Assembly: GCA_964016885.1 (NCBI GenBank)
Contig: OZ024742.1
Location: forward strand, 72,850,001-72,914,000
Source: Eledone cirrhosa
Taxonomy: Eukaryota
DNA length: 64,000 nucleotides
Direction of reading: 5' to 3'
Shown here: positions 12,401-25,323 of the stretch, piece by piece
Layout of the letters: each line of letters begins with the position of its first letter
Position numbering within the stretch: position 1 is the first letter of the stretch
The notes under the pieces: model-generated
The model's database searches: none
Told to the model about the DNA's origin: nothing
What the model saw: only the letters and a program-made list of their open reading frames with translations
Position numbers and translations under genes: made by a program

Positions 12401-15400
12401 TGTTTTTTTTGTCGTGACACCTACACGATCTCATTTGTTTCGGCCTGGATTTTGTGGGACCAACATAACTTTACATTGAAAGGGGCGGTGTGGATGCGGT
12501 GGGGGTGGTGAGACGGGGGTGTATTTTGTTAGAGATGCCTACTGACTGTAGTAGGTTTTACTTTGTATTTAGGTAAGGCGGGTCTTCTCTATTACTGAGT
12601 ACCGCCAAAGGTCTCGGTCCAGTGACATTGTCTTGGAGAGGTGTAAGTGTGTGAGGTCGGAATTTATCAGCTCGTCCCAGGTTTTTCTGGGTCTGCCTAC
12701 TCCGTGGCTACCGTCTATCTTTATTGCCCTGCACTTTGCTATACAGCTGTCGTCTTTCATGCGCATCACGTGACTATACCAACGTAGCCTTCTCTCGAGT
12801 AAACAACATCTGATCCCTCTTATTTCTAATTTTTTCCTTAGTTCGTTTATGCTTTGCCGTTCGCGTATATTACTATTACACATCCAGCGGAGCATGCAAG
12901 CTTCATTCCTCTCTAGTCTGCGTATATCCTCTGCACACAATGCCCAGGTCTCACTGCCATGCAACATTGCTGTTCGTATGCAGGCATCATACAACCTGCC
13001 TTTCATTTTTAGGGAGAACCCTTTAGCGGCTAATAGTGGTATAAGCTCTCTCAACTTTTTCCATCCAGTTCTAACTCTAGCTACTGTACTTTCAGAGCAC
13101 CCTTCCCCACTGCTGATTTTGTCACCCAGGTAACGGAAGCTGTCCACTATTTCTATAGAACCCTCTGCGCAATTGAAAGAGGTAGTATTTTGTGGGCACT
13201 TGCTGCTACTTATTGCACCAGAGCACCGGCCACATGTAAATTCTGTTCTTAGTTAGCTTACCTGTGATCCCACTACATCTTTTATGCACCCATACTTTGC
13301 ATTTGGGACATAAAATGGAGTTTCTACCTATGCCTTTCCTACACACTGAGCATGGCCATTTCCCGGAAGGGACCGGCGCCTTATTTTCTTTCCTACAAAC
13401 TAGAACTTTAGTCTTAGCCAGGTTAATTTTAAGGCCTTTTGATTCTAGGCCGTGCTTCCATGTTTGGAATTTCTTCTCTAGCTCGGCCATTGATTCAGCT
13501 ATGAGCGTTAGATCATCTGCGTATAGGAGTTCCCATGGGCAGCCGGTCTTGAACTCCTCTGTTATAGCCTGAAGGGCAATAATAAATAGTAGGGGGCTAA
13601 GAACAGAGCCCTGATGGACACCAACTTTTACACTAAACTCTTCACTATATTCGTTGTTAATTCTAACCTTGCTCACTGTTTCTTTATACATGGCTTGTAT
13701 AGCTCTCACAAGCCATTCGTCAACACCTAGTTTTCTAAGAGCCCACCAGATAATGGAACGGGGGACTCTGTCGAAGGCTTTCTCCAAGTCGACAAAGGCT
13801 AAGTATAGGGGTTTACTTTTAGCTAGGTACTTCTCCTGTAGTTGTCGTACAATGAAAAGAGCGTCTGTGGTACTTTTGCCTGACACAAACCCGAACTGCA
13901 TTTCATCTAGATCGATTTTCTCTCTGATTAGTTGCACTATTACTTTTTCCGTGACCTTCATGACCTGGTCGATTAATTTAATGCCTCTATAGTTACTCCT
14001 ATCTAGGGCGTCTCCTTTACCCTTGTAACAGTTAATGATGATGCTGCTACACCAGTCCTTCGGAACAATCCCATTCTGTATGACTTGGTTTACTATCCGG
14101 GTGACCATGGTGTGTCCCACCGTTCCAGAGGCCTTCAGCATCTCAGCAACTATTTCCGAAGGCCCAGCCGCCTTACCCGTCTTCATATCTTTGATTGCCT
14201 TACTTATTATACTACCTTCAACTAACACTGCTGGTCCCTCTATTGGATCGATCTGGGGGAGACTATCCTTCTCCCATTTATTCTCCTCATTTAGTAGCCT
14301 CTCGTAGTGACACTTCCAAGCGACCTTCTTATCAGCGTCAGTGATGGCGAGTACGCCATCATCATTTAGTACACACTTCTCCCCAACAATATCAAGGTTT
14401 TATAATAATAATAATGAAATTATTGTGTACAGTGCTCAGGTGCACTACAACTCAACAAAGGTGCATGTATAGTACATAGAATAATGTACAAATGTCAGGA
14501 AAATGAACAGTGTATGAGTCATGATATAATAATAATAACAATAATGAAATATTGTGTACAGTGCCCAGGTGCACCACAACTCATAAAAAAAGTGCATGTA
14601 CAGTACATAGGGCAATGCACAAACATCAGTAAAATGAACAGTGCACGAGTCATGATACACACATGTGTGCATGTGTATGGAAGGGGTACATCAGGTGTAG
14701 TTTTGGCGTATTTCAGGAAGCATGAGTGTCTTAAAGGATGCAGTGTCTCAGCAGCTAACAATTGACGCAGGCAGTTTGTTCCATGCTTCAGCAACTCTGA
14801 GCGTGAAAAAATGTCTACGAAAGTCATGGGAGCTGTGCTGTTTTCTGATCTTGTAGGCATGTCCACGTGTGTTAGACACATGGAGGCGCTCAGGGTTGCA
14901 ATTGGCGAGATGGTTAAAAACTTTGTGGGTATTCACCAAGTCCATTGCCAGACGTCGGAGCTTCAATGAAACCATGCCCAGGGAAGCAAGGCGTTCAGAG
15001 TATGGTAGGTGTTTGATGGAGGGTATGCGCTTGGTTGCACGTCTCTGAACAGTTTCCAGGAGGTCAATGTTCTGAGCAAGATAGGGGTTCCAGACTGATG
15101 ATGCGAATTCCAAGTGTGGTCGTACCATAGCTGTATACAGTTTTAAATAGATGGTTGGAGAGCGGCTAACAAAGGTATTGCTGAGTGATGCCAAGACACC
15201 CTCGGCCTTCTTAACAATCTTAGAGACATGCTTTGTCCAACGCAAATCGTTGCTGACAGTAATGCCCAGGTCACGTTCACAAGAGGACTTTTTGATATCA
15301 GTGTTGTGGAGGGAATATGTGGACGCTGGATTTTTCCTTCCAAAATGCATGGTGGTACACTTGTCCACAGCCAGCTTCAGTTGCCAGTCTGTGATCCATT

Positions 15401-18400
15401 GCTGCATTGTGTCCAGGTCTGATTGTAGGAAAGAGTTGTAAATTTCAGGATCAGTCCTTTTGATTTCAAGGTACAGCTTGATGTCATCTGCATATTTTAG
15501 TACCGTGGCATTCTGTAAGTTGGCATCTATGTCATTAATATATGCCACAAACAAAAGAGGACCAAGAACAGATCCCTGTGGTACACCAGATGACATCTCA
15601 TATGGTGAAGAATGCTGTCCTAGAACCATGACTACTTCTTTTCGGCTGAGAATGAAGGATTTCAACCAGTCGAAAAGATCATCCCTCACACCCATTGCAG
15701 AGAGTTTTGCCATAAGTCTTTTGTGTGGCACAGAATTAAAAGCCTTAGCAAAGTCAAGGTAAACAACATCCACCTATGAGCCGCTGTCAGTGATCCGGGT
15801 GATGTCCTCAAGGAACTCGATAAGCTGATCACAGCAGCTGGAGTTAGGGATAAATCCAAACTATGAGGGCCAGATGAGGCTGTGAGAGCTCCAGAAGTTC
15901 CAAAGTGTTTCTCTGACACAGGATTCCATCAGTTTGGCCATACAGCTAGTAAGACTGACTGGACGATAGTTGACAGGTGACATACGGTTGCCCTTTTTGA
16001 ACAGGGGAATGACACTGGCAGTTTTCCACTGCTCCGGAGTAGCACCATTGCTGAGACAGTATTGAAAGAAGAAAGCTGGCGCAAAAGGAAATACCCGCCA
16101 CGTTTGAGAAGCAGGTATGTCACACCATCAAGACCAGGGGAGGCATAGTTGCGCTTATTCTTAAGGTGACGTCGCAACATTGCAGGTGTAAATTCCATAG
16201 TTGTTATGGAATTTGATGTTAGAGATGGTGGAGATTGTACATTCTGGTTTTCAACAGTAAAAATACTTGCATAGCACTCAGCAATGAGTTCTGCGCATTC
16301 CTTGGGATCGTCAGTGATATGGCTTGTGTGGGGATTGAGAAGAGGACCAACTGGAGAGTGAGGTCTCTGATTTGAATGAACATATTTCCAGAACACCTTA
16401 CTGTCAGGATTGGTAGCGATGCACTGTTCAAATTCAAGCACTGCCTTCTTTGTCACTTGCTTGAGATGGTTAGAAGATTTATTCCGCTTTTTTCTGTTGG
16501 CATCTGATTTATGCAGTTTATATTCCCGTTCAGCGTTCCGACGTTCTTTCCTGGCAAGTCGGACCGCTGAAGTTTCCCAAATTGCACTTTTGGGGTGGTT
16601 ATTTTTCCGCTTCCGTGGCACTGATGCTGCACACGCTATCCATATTGAGTCCAGGATGCTCTGGAGTATAGTGTTCACATCTCCAGAGTTATACATCTCA
16701 TGCCAGTTTGGACGCTGTAGCTCAGTGCAGTACAAGTTCCAATCCGCCCTCTTCCAATCAAAGCAAGCAGATTGGAGATGGCTCTGGTTTTTGTTGCTGC
16801 CCTCAAGTGCCAGATTGGCAATGATCATAGCATGATCAGAGTCGCCTAGAGGTTCCTCAGTAGTACAACTGATAACCACTTCAGGAGTAGTGGTGAAGAT
16901 CAGGTCCAAAGTGTTGTCACCTCTTGTTGGAGAGGTGACTACTTGTGACCAGTTTGAGTCCAGCACTAGTTCAAGGAAATCGTTTGCACCTTGTGGCCAA
17001 CGAAAGGTTTCCCAATCAATCTCAGGATGATTGAAGTCACCTGCAATAAACACATAAGTGGCTGTTTTCTTGGCAGCAACTCTGAGGATATCGCAAAGCT
17101 GTGTGTCCTGATGGTAGTTTGGGGGGGCGATAAACAACACTAAGCAGAAGTGTTGACATGGTCATACGTATGTCACAGAAAAAAACTTCTTCCTGTGATT
17201 CGTTCAAATCAACGCAAGGAATTACCGAAAAGTTTGAACGAACGTAGACCATCACACCACCACCACGGCGGTTAATGCGGTCCTTGCGGAAAAGGTTGTA
17301 CCCAGTAATGCTGAAAACCCCATCACAGAGTAAGGAATGTGCCCATGTTTCCGTGACTGTGATGAAGTCAGGGTCGATGCTTCTGACGTAGGATTCGAAC
17401 AGATGTATCTTGTTGCATAAACTGCAAGCATTTAAGGACAACAATTTGTACCCTGCTTCAGTTTATGATGGTGTGTAGAGGGTGGCAGGTTGTTCTGGTT
17501 TAGTTTCCCAGAGTTGTAGCAGTTTTTACATTGCCAGTTATTGTGGGTAGATCACACTCAGACCAGCTGGTATCTCTCTTCCACGTTTCACCAGCCTTGA
17601 CAAACCTCCAGATCTGTCCATCATCACGCAGACTAAAACTTTCATCTTGTGCTGAGTTCCGATTCAAGGAAGCTGCAGCACGTAGCTTTGGACGTACATG
17701 GGGTGGTAGGCCTGGGCGTGTTCGGAAGGTAATCCGATTTTCACGCCCAGCTTTAGCAGAGGCCAGATGATATGAGGTTGTCTCTGCGGGGTCCGAAAAA
17801 GACAGCCTGATGAGTCTGGGTTTTGGACCAGGTCGACCAAGGCGGAGAGCACCCTTTGGGGGAACACAGCCTAGGTCTTTGGCTGAGCTGGCAGCAAATG
17901 CCTGAAGATCAGCCTTGTCCTCTGGTACCCCAATGGCAATCACTTCATGGGTAGCAGATTCCGCAGTCTTTTCAGCAAGAGGTACAGGGAGATTCTTTAG
18001 CAAGGCATTCTGATAAGGCATTCTCATTGTGGGGTCCTACCCGAATGCTTGCCTTTATTCCTGTAATTTCCCTTCTCAGAGCAGAAATCATTAGTTGCAG
18101 TTCCGCAAAATCTGTACTGGTCGGTTGTTGTTGTTGTTGTTGCTGCTGCTGCTGTCGTTGTTGGTGATGATGATGTTCCTCCACGGGAATGGCAGGGGAG
18201 GACACAGTCGCAGGTTGTTGCTGTTGTTGTTGTTGTTGTTATTGGTGATGATGATGTTCCTCCACGGGAATGGTAGGGGAAGACACAGTCACCAGTTGTT
18301 GGTGTCGAGATGTACTGGGAGTGGAAGACATGGGTTGTTGTTGTTTCTGATGTTCTCCCACAGGAACAGCAGTAGAAGCCAGTGTCATAGGTTTTTGCCG

Positions 18401-21400
18401 TTGTTCAGTAACAATGGTGGAGGAAGACACAGTCATTGGTTTTTGTTGTTGTTGTTGTTTTTCAATAACATTAGTGGAGGCAGGCACACAGGCCAGACAC
18501 TGAAAGGACCAGGATTTTAGCTGGACCATCTCCCATATTCCATCCATTATAGCATTATGATGTCTCTTTTTTTGGCCTGGGATCCTCCGGAAGCCTGTGG
18601 CGCATTGAAGGCAGACAGAGATGCGACAGGTTCCACATTCGACCCAGCGATTACGGAACGAGTTTTCGGGTTCCGCACAGATATGACACATTGCCTAGCA
18701 ATCCTGAACACCTCACGTTTTTGGTCCTCGCGTTGTAGAACATGCTTGAACTTTCTTTCCTCTGCTTCCCTTCTTGCGAAGTACACTTGTGTATATATAT
18801 ACTGTATATACACAAGAAGACCGGATTCCAATATATTCCTTCAATGTTGCGCAATTACATAATATGTTGGCTTACGTCATCAAATCAAGACAATTGGTGA
18901 CGCCATCAGATGTAATGAGCATTAAAGATTTAGTCCAGTAATTCCTATTGGGTTACAGCAAAATATAAACAAATAATTGATACGGAGGTAGCCTGGCTAG
19001 CGATGTAATCACTATAAAGGAAGAAAAAGAAAAAGAAGATAATAGCGGCAGCAGCGGTGGTGGCAAAGGAGGAGGAGAAGAAGAAGAAGACTGTTGTGTG
19101 TGTGTACTAGAGTTAAACTTATTGTTTTACATTTCTTTTTCCATGCATACACAGTCTGAAGCTTCTCCCAGCTTGATGGGCATTAAGGGTCTTAGAGTAC
19201 ATGACAGCCTCCTGGGCAGTATGCCAGTCTATCACAGGGCTAATCTCCACCTATCACTAATACTCATTTTCAGCTGTGAGAACTAGAGCAATGAAAAAAG
19301 AATTGCCTTGCTCAAGGACACAATACACGACCCTGTCTGAGAATTGAACCTGTGACATTATAATTGTGAGCCCAACAATCTAACTACTAAAGCCTTCATT
19401 ATCTGCATATACTAACCTTGCTAAAATGATCAGCATACAGTAGTCAAATGTAAAAACAGCATTGGCACGGACAGATTCTACCACCTAGAAAAGAATAAAA
19501 GTTATTCAACATCTAATAACAACAACAACAACAACAATGGTTTCTGATCTAGGCACAAGGCCAACAATTGGAGGGTGGGTTGGGGCAAAATTGATTAAAT
19601 CGGCTTCAGTGCATCATTGGTACTTTATTTTATCAACCTCATAAGGATGAAAGGCAAAGTACCACAGCAGGATTTGAACTCAGAACATAAAGGGCTGTTC
19701 TGATAATAATAATTCCTAACATAGACAGAAGGCTAAATATTTTGTGAAGATGGAAGTAGCTGGTTATTTTGAACCCAGTATTTGACAGGTACTTATTTAT
19801 TGAACCCCTGAAGGATGAAATACAAAGTTGACCTTGGCTGGATTTGAACTCAGAACATAAAGGACAGTAATGAAATACTATAAGGCATTTTTGTCCGACA
19901 CTAACAATTCTGCCAAAATAATGATTTCTACAAGGTGAGCAATTTGCGTGGAGGGGACGTCGATTAAATCAACCCCAGGGCTTGATGGATGAAAGGCAAA
20001 GTTGACATCAGTTGAATTTGAACTAAATTTGAATGTGAAGTGTTGGAACTAAAGCATTTTTCTGATGCTCTAATGATTTTACCAAGTCACTGCTTTAATA
20101 ATAATAATAATGATTTCTACTATAGGCACAAGGCCAGTAATTTGAGGCGGGCAGGGAAAAGTCGATTAAATCAACTCCAGTGCATTACTGGTGCTTTATT
20201 TTATTGACCCCGTAAAGATAAAAAGCAAAGATAACCTCGGCAGGATTTGAACTCAGAATGTAAAGAGCCGTAACTATGTCGCTAAGCTTGTTGTCCAATG
20301 CTCGATCGATAATGCCAATCCAGCATAATAATAATTGTTTCTACTTTAGGCACAAGGCCAGCAATTACCCAGTGCATTACTGGTACTTTATTTTATCGAC
20401 CCCGTAAGGATGAAAGGCAAAGTCAACCTCGGCGGGATTTGAACTCAGATCATAAAGGGCCGTAACTATGCTGGAAAGCATGGCGTCTGACCCTCTACCG
20501 ATACTGCCAAATAATAATGATATAGGCCTGACCTATTTTTTGACACAAAGAATTAGAGTACAATAGGCCTGACCTGGTGGTTTTTGACAGGAAAAAAAGA
20601 TCTTGCTTGATTATAGATGTAGCTTGCCCTTTTGACACAAGTACCAGGATTTAAAGTGGGAAGTGAAAAGAATTTAGAAATGTTACGAAATTAAGGTCGT
20701 CCCCATCATCATAGGAGCACTAGGTACTATCTCAAAGAGCTTCCAGAAGGCATGCCTACTTGGGACAGCAAGGACCCTTGAATACGTCCTAAATATTTGA
20801 GGCTGGTGGTATTGGCTTGATGCTCATTAGGGAACATTTTCTGGTTAAATAACAACAACTGAGATATCAAATAATAATAATAATAATTGTTTCTACTTTA
20901 GGCACAAGGCTAGCAATTTGAGGGATGGGGGAAAGTCGATTAAATCGACCCCAGTGCATTACTGGTGCTTTATTTTATCAACCCAGTAAGGATGAAAGGC
21001 AAAGCAAACCTCGGTGGGATTTGAACTCAGAATGTAAAAGGCCGTAACTCCATGCTGCGAAGCATGTTGTCTGACGTTCTACCGATTCTGCCAATCCACC
21101 ATAATAATAATAATGACAACAATAATAATAATAAGCAGAATGACAACAATAATCTTATTGACTTCTTTATTACCCACAAGGATTTACAAAAAGATCAAGG
21201 ATGGTACTGGATGAAAACGTGTAAAAAGGAGAAATTATGAAAACAAAAATAAGTAACAATAAAATCAAATAAAAAAATTCCCCAAACTTATACAAAGATA
21301 CAGTCACCCTAGCCTCTAAAGTATGTGCCTTCTCCAAGCTATCACCCTCCAATCTACAGGTGCATGCTCTGAGCCAGCCCATTCACTTGGACCATACTTA

Positions 21401-24400
21401 CCACATTCATCCACCTTTTAACAAATTTGTTAGTAGGCAACACTTCACTTCTCCACCCTCAGTTTTCTTTTCAAATAAAACTTGAAAAGGTCCATGAAGG
21501 CTTTGCTAAACAGGAAAGAGTCTGTCTTCAGCCCTTTCAATCTTGTTCACCATGCAACCTCTTTCACCCTGACCACCAGACATATAAACTCTGAGCTTCC
21601 CAGGCAAAGAAAGGTGGCAGTGTGATCTTTACAATAGACTCAACTGGCAGCCGGATCTGTCTTACATGGGATAGCAAGCTTGACATATCTCCACAAGTCA
21701 GCAATGTTCAGGTACTGGACAGGTGCATGCAGGTTGGTTTTGTCGTCCTGCATGCATCATGGACAGGCTTGGCTAACAGCACTTCCATACCTATAGACCA
21801 GGAATTTTTGGAAATTGTCTATGAGCCTGTGTGTATTTGTGTTTGAAGGAAGGAAAGAGAGAGGAAGATCTGGGTACAGTTTTGTTGGTGGACTTTGCTT
21901 TCGCTATTGTTGTTTTTCTTGATGTTGTTGCTGTTGGTCTTGTTGACATTGGTTTTGGTGCTGCTGTTGTAGTTATTGGTGTTGTTGCTGTTGCTGTTGT
22001 TGGTGGTGTTGCAACTCCTACTATTTCTGTTGCATACTGTTGTTGTTGTTGGGGTTGCTGTGTTGGCTTCGTCTCCCCGCCTTTTTTGTTTGGGGCAGAA
22101 GGCTCTTAGGTGGTTTGTAGTTCCACATAAATGGTTTTGGGTCATTCTGTCCTCCACTGCCATATGTAGCTTAACTTTGTTCAGCAGGTGAATAAATTCT
22201 GGGATTTTCTCTAGGTTCTCTGGCTTTGTTGGCAAAAAGCAGTGGATATAAATCTTTTGGGGTACTTGCAATGGCTGAAAAAGATGTTTTGGTTTTAGTG
22301 TTGTTGTTGTTCCCGATGCTGCAATTTGTGTTGTAGGTTGTGTCACTGTTAATGTTTTTATTATTTTACTTGATATTTTTTTTAGGTTGTAGTGATGGTG
22401 AAAGTGGTATTATTTTCATTGGCACTTCTTGAAAGTGTAAATTCTCTTCCATTCAAAAAAAACAAACAAAATTGTTTTGGTCATTCTTGCTTTTTCTAGT
22501 AGCAGCATTTGTTGTTCTAGTAGTCATGGTAGTGGAAGTAGTGACAGCCACTGTCAGTACTGAAAATTGATTGTTATAAAGGCTGATAAAGAATGGTAAC
22601 CCACCTCCCACTCCATCTTGTTTGTTTGGTACCATTTTGAAAAAAAAATTCTCCAATAAAACAGAAATTTTCAAATGGTATTAATGTCCCTTTCTGTAGT
22701 TTCTGTTATGAAAAGAGTCTGTGATGATATGATAACCAAACCACCAAGGTTAGGTAACAACTGGCAAAACTCAGGAGATGAAATGACACACATTTAAACT
22801 ATAATAATAATTGTTTCTACTTCAGGCACAAGGCCAACAATTACCCAGTGCATTACTGGTACTTTATTTTATCGACCCCGTAAGATGAAAGGCAAAGTAA
22901 ACCTCGGCGGGATTTGAACTCAGACCATAAAGTGACGTAACTATGCTGGAAAGCATGGCGTCTGACTCTCTACCGATACTGCCAATCCACCGCTATAATA
23001 ATAATGGCCTCTGATTTAGGCACATGGCCAACAATTTCTTTGTGGGGAAAGTCGATTAAATTGACCACAGTATGTTACTGGTACTTTATTTTATCGACCC
23101 TGTAAGGATGAAAGGCAAAGCTAACCTTGACAAGATTTGAATAATAATGAGAACTAATGGATGGATAAGTGAATTGGAATTGGAGGAACTGAGTAGAGTG
23201 ATTAAATTAGAAATGGAAAATGGAGTAGATCAGGCAAATGAGCCTGTAGAAAGTGGAGCAAATCAGGCAAATGAACCAGTAGAAAATGAAGATGAAGTGG
23301 TTACGAGACCTGAGGAAATGGTTTAATAGTTGAGATAAATAACATCTGGAGTAAAAATACGTCCATGAAGAAAATGAACGTTGGTGGGTTCGGGCAAGAT
23401 TTTGTTGATATTCTGAATTTAATGGTGGATGAAATGAATAATAATAGTGGAAAACCTATGAATCTATGATTTGTTAACAGAAAAAAGTTAACAGAAACAA
23501 CAGCTAAGGTAAACATACCTTGAGGCGAAGAATCTTCACCAATGCAACATTCTCAAAGCAGCCACACATGTGGTGAAAAACTTGCTTGATATCAAAATGA
23601 GGGAAACAGACAAGCAAGGACAGAACTTTGGTGGAAGAAGCAGTTGAATGGTCATATTGAAGGAAATAAGAAAGGATATCAGGAAACGTAAGTCTTTATT
23701 AAATGGGACATTACAAACTGTAGATACTAAGGCTAGATTGACAAAGAAATATAATACAAAGGGAAAAGGGCTAAATATTGTAATAGTGGAATTAAAACAA
23801 TGTGTCATAGCCAAAAGTGCAAAAATTAAAAGATATGAGAACAGAGTTAACCATTATAGAAAAAAATTCATGTTTGACAAAAACCAGAAGATGTTATTTG
23901 AACAGCTTGAAGGGAAAGAAAGAAGTAATAATGCTATCCCTGAGGCTGAACAGACCCGCACCTTTTGGAGAGGGATTTGGAAGCAGGATACTGAGCATAA
24001 TAGTTAGATAGAGTGAACTGAGACTGTTAAAAAGGAGGTTAATGAACAACCACACCAACAACCTTATTTGAGTATCTCGGTCGAAACCCTTAAAGAGCAG
24101 GCCAATAAATTAACTAACTGAAAATCACCAGGCCAGGATGGTGTCAAGGATATTGGACTAAGAATATTACGTCTCTGGAAATCACCAGGCCAGGATGGTG
24201 TCAAGGATATTGGACTAAGAATATTACGTCTCTGGAAATCACCAGGCCAGGATGGTGTCAAGGATATTGGACTAAGAATATTACGTCTCTGGAAATCTCC
24301 AGGCCAGGATGGTGTCAAGGATATTGGACTAAGAATATTACGTCTCTCCACTCGAGACTGGAAGCCATGTTCAATGACTACTTGATGTCAGGTGAAGTAT

Positions 24401-25291
24401 TGCACTAGTTGACAAATAATACTATGGTTCTAATAATGAAAGACCAAGCCAAGGGAAATGATGTTACCAACTATAGGCCTATCGCATGCCAGTACTTGAC
24501 GTGGAAGCTAACAGGCATTATGTCTGAGGAAATCTACCACCACCTCAACATAAACAACTTATTGCTGGAGGAATAGAAAGGATCCTGAAAGAAGTCCTGT
24601 GGGATAAAAGACCAGTTACTTATTGACAAGATGATAATAAAGAACTGCAAGAGGAGACACACTGCCATTGCCATGGGATGGATAACTTACAAGAAGGCAT
24701 TTGACATGGTTCCTCATTCTTGGATAACCAAGTATCTAGATATATTCAAGGTGGCCGACAACACCAGACTGCTATTAAGTAATAACATGAAGAACTGGAA
24801 AACAGAGTTAACATCAAGGGAAGAATCCTTAGGAGGAGTGAAAATCAAGAGTGTATCTTCCAAGGAGATAGTCTGTCTTCTTTATAGTTTGTCCTTACTC
24901 TCATATCCTTGTCCCTTATATTGTGAAGAGTGAAGGCAGGATATGAACTGGGAAGAGGAGATCTTACCATTGACCACCTCCTCCTCATCGACAACCTAAA
25001 ACTCTTCAGTAAGAGTGAGGAGTTGAAAGGACTTGTTAAAACTGTTTGTATTTTCAGCAATGATATATGTATGGAATTTGGTGTTAATAAGTGTGGAGTC
25101 TTAGTGATGAGAAGAGGTAAATTGAAGAGAAGCAAAGGAATCTAAGTACTAAAGGGGGAGGTGATAAAGGAGATTGACACCGAAGAAGGATATAGTTATT
25201 TGGGTATCTAGAAGAATGTAGTAAAAAGAGGGCCATAACAAAATACTGCAATGCACTTCATTTGCCACACTAATGAATCCACTGCCCTTCT

Positions 25292-25323
<32 letters not shown>

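Noticed and set aside
15151-16835. Plus-strand ORFs opposite the CR1 (and similar shadow ORFs opposite RTE and maT)
   Set aside because: Antisense shadows of transposon coding sequence
18547-18862. ORFs spanning the CR1/RTE junction
   Set aside because: Chimeric frames created by the nested insertion
18853-18916. Hammerhead on the minus strand (stem I ATTACAT/ATGTAAT, CTGATG, CGTCA/TGACG)
   Set aside because: Both core boxes are defective (CTGATGG, no GAAA); at best a dead relic, so not called
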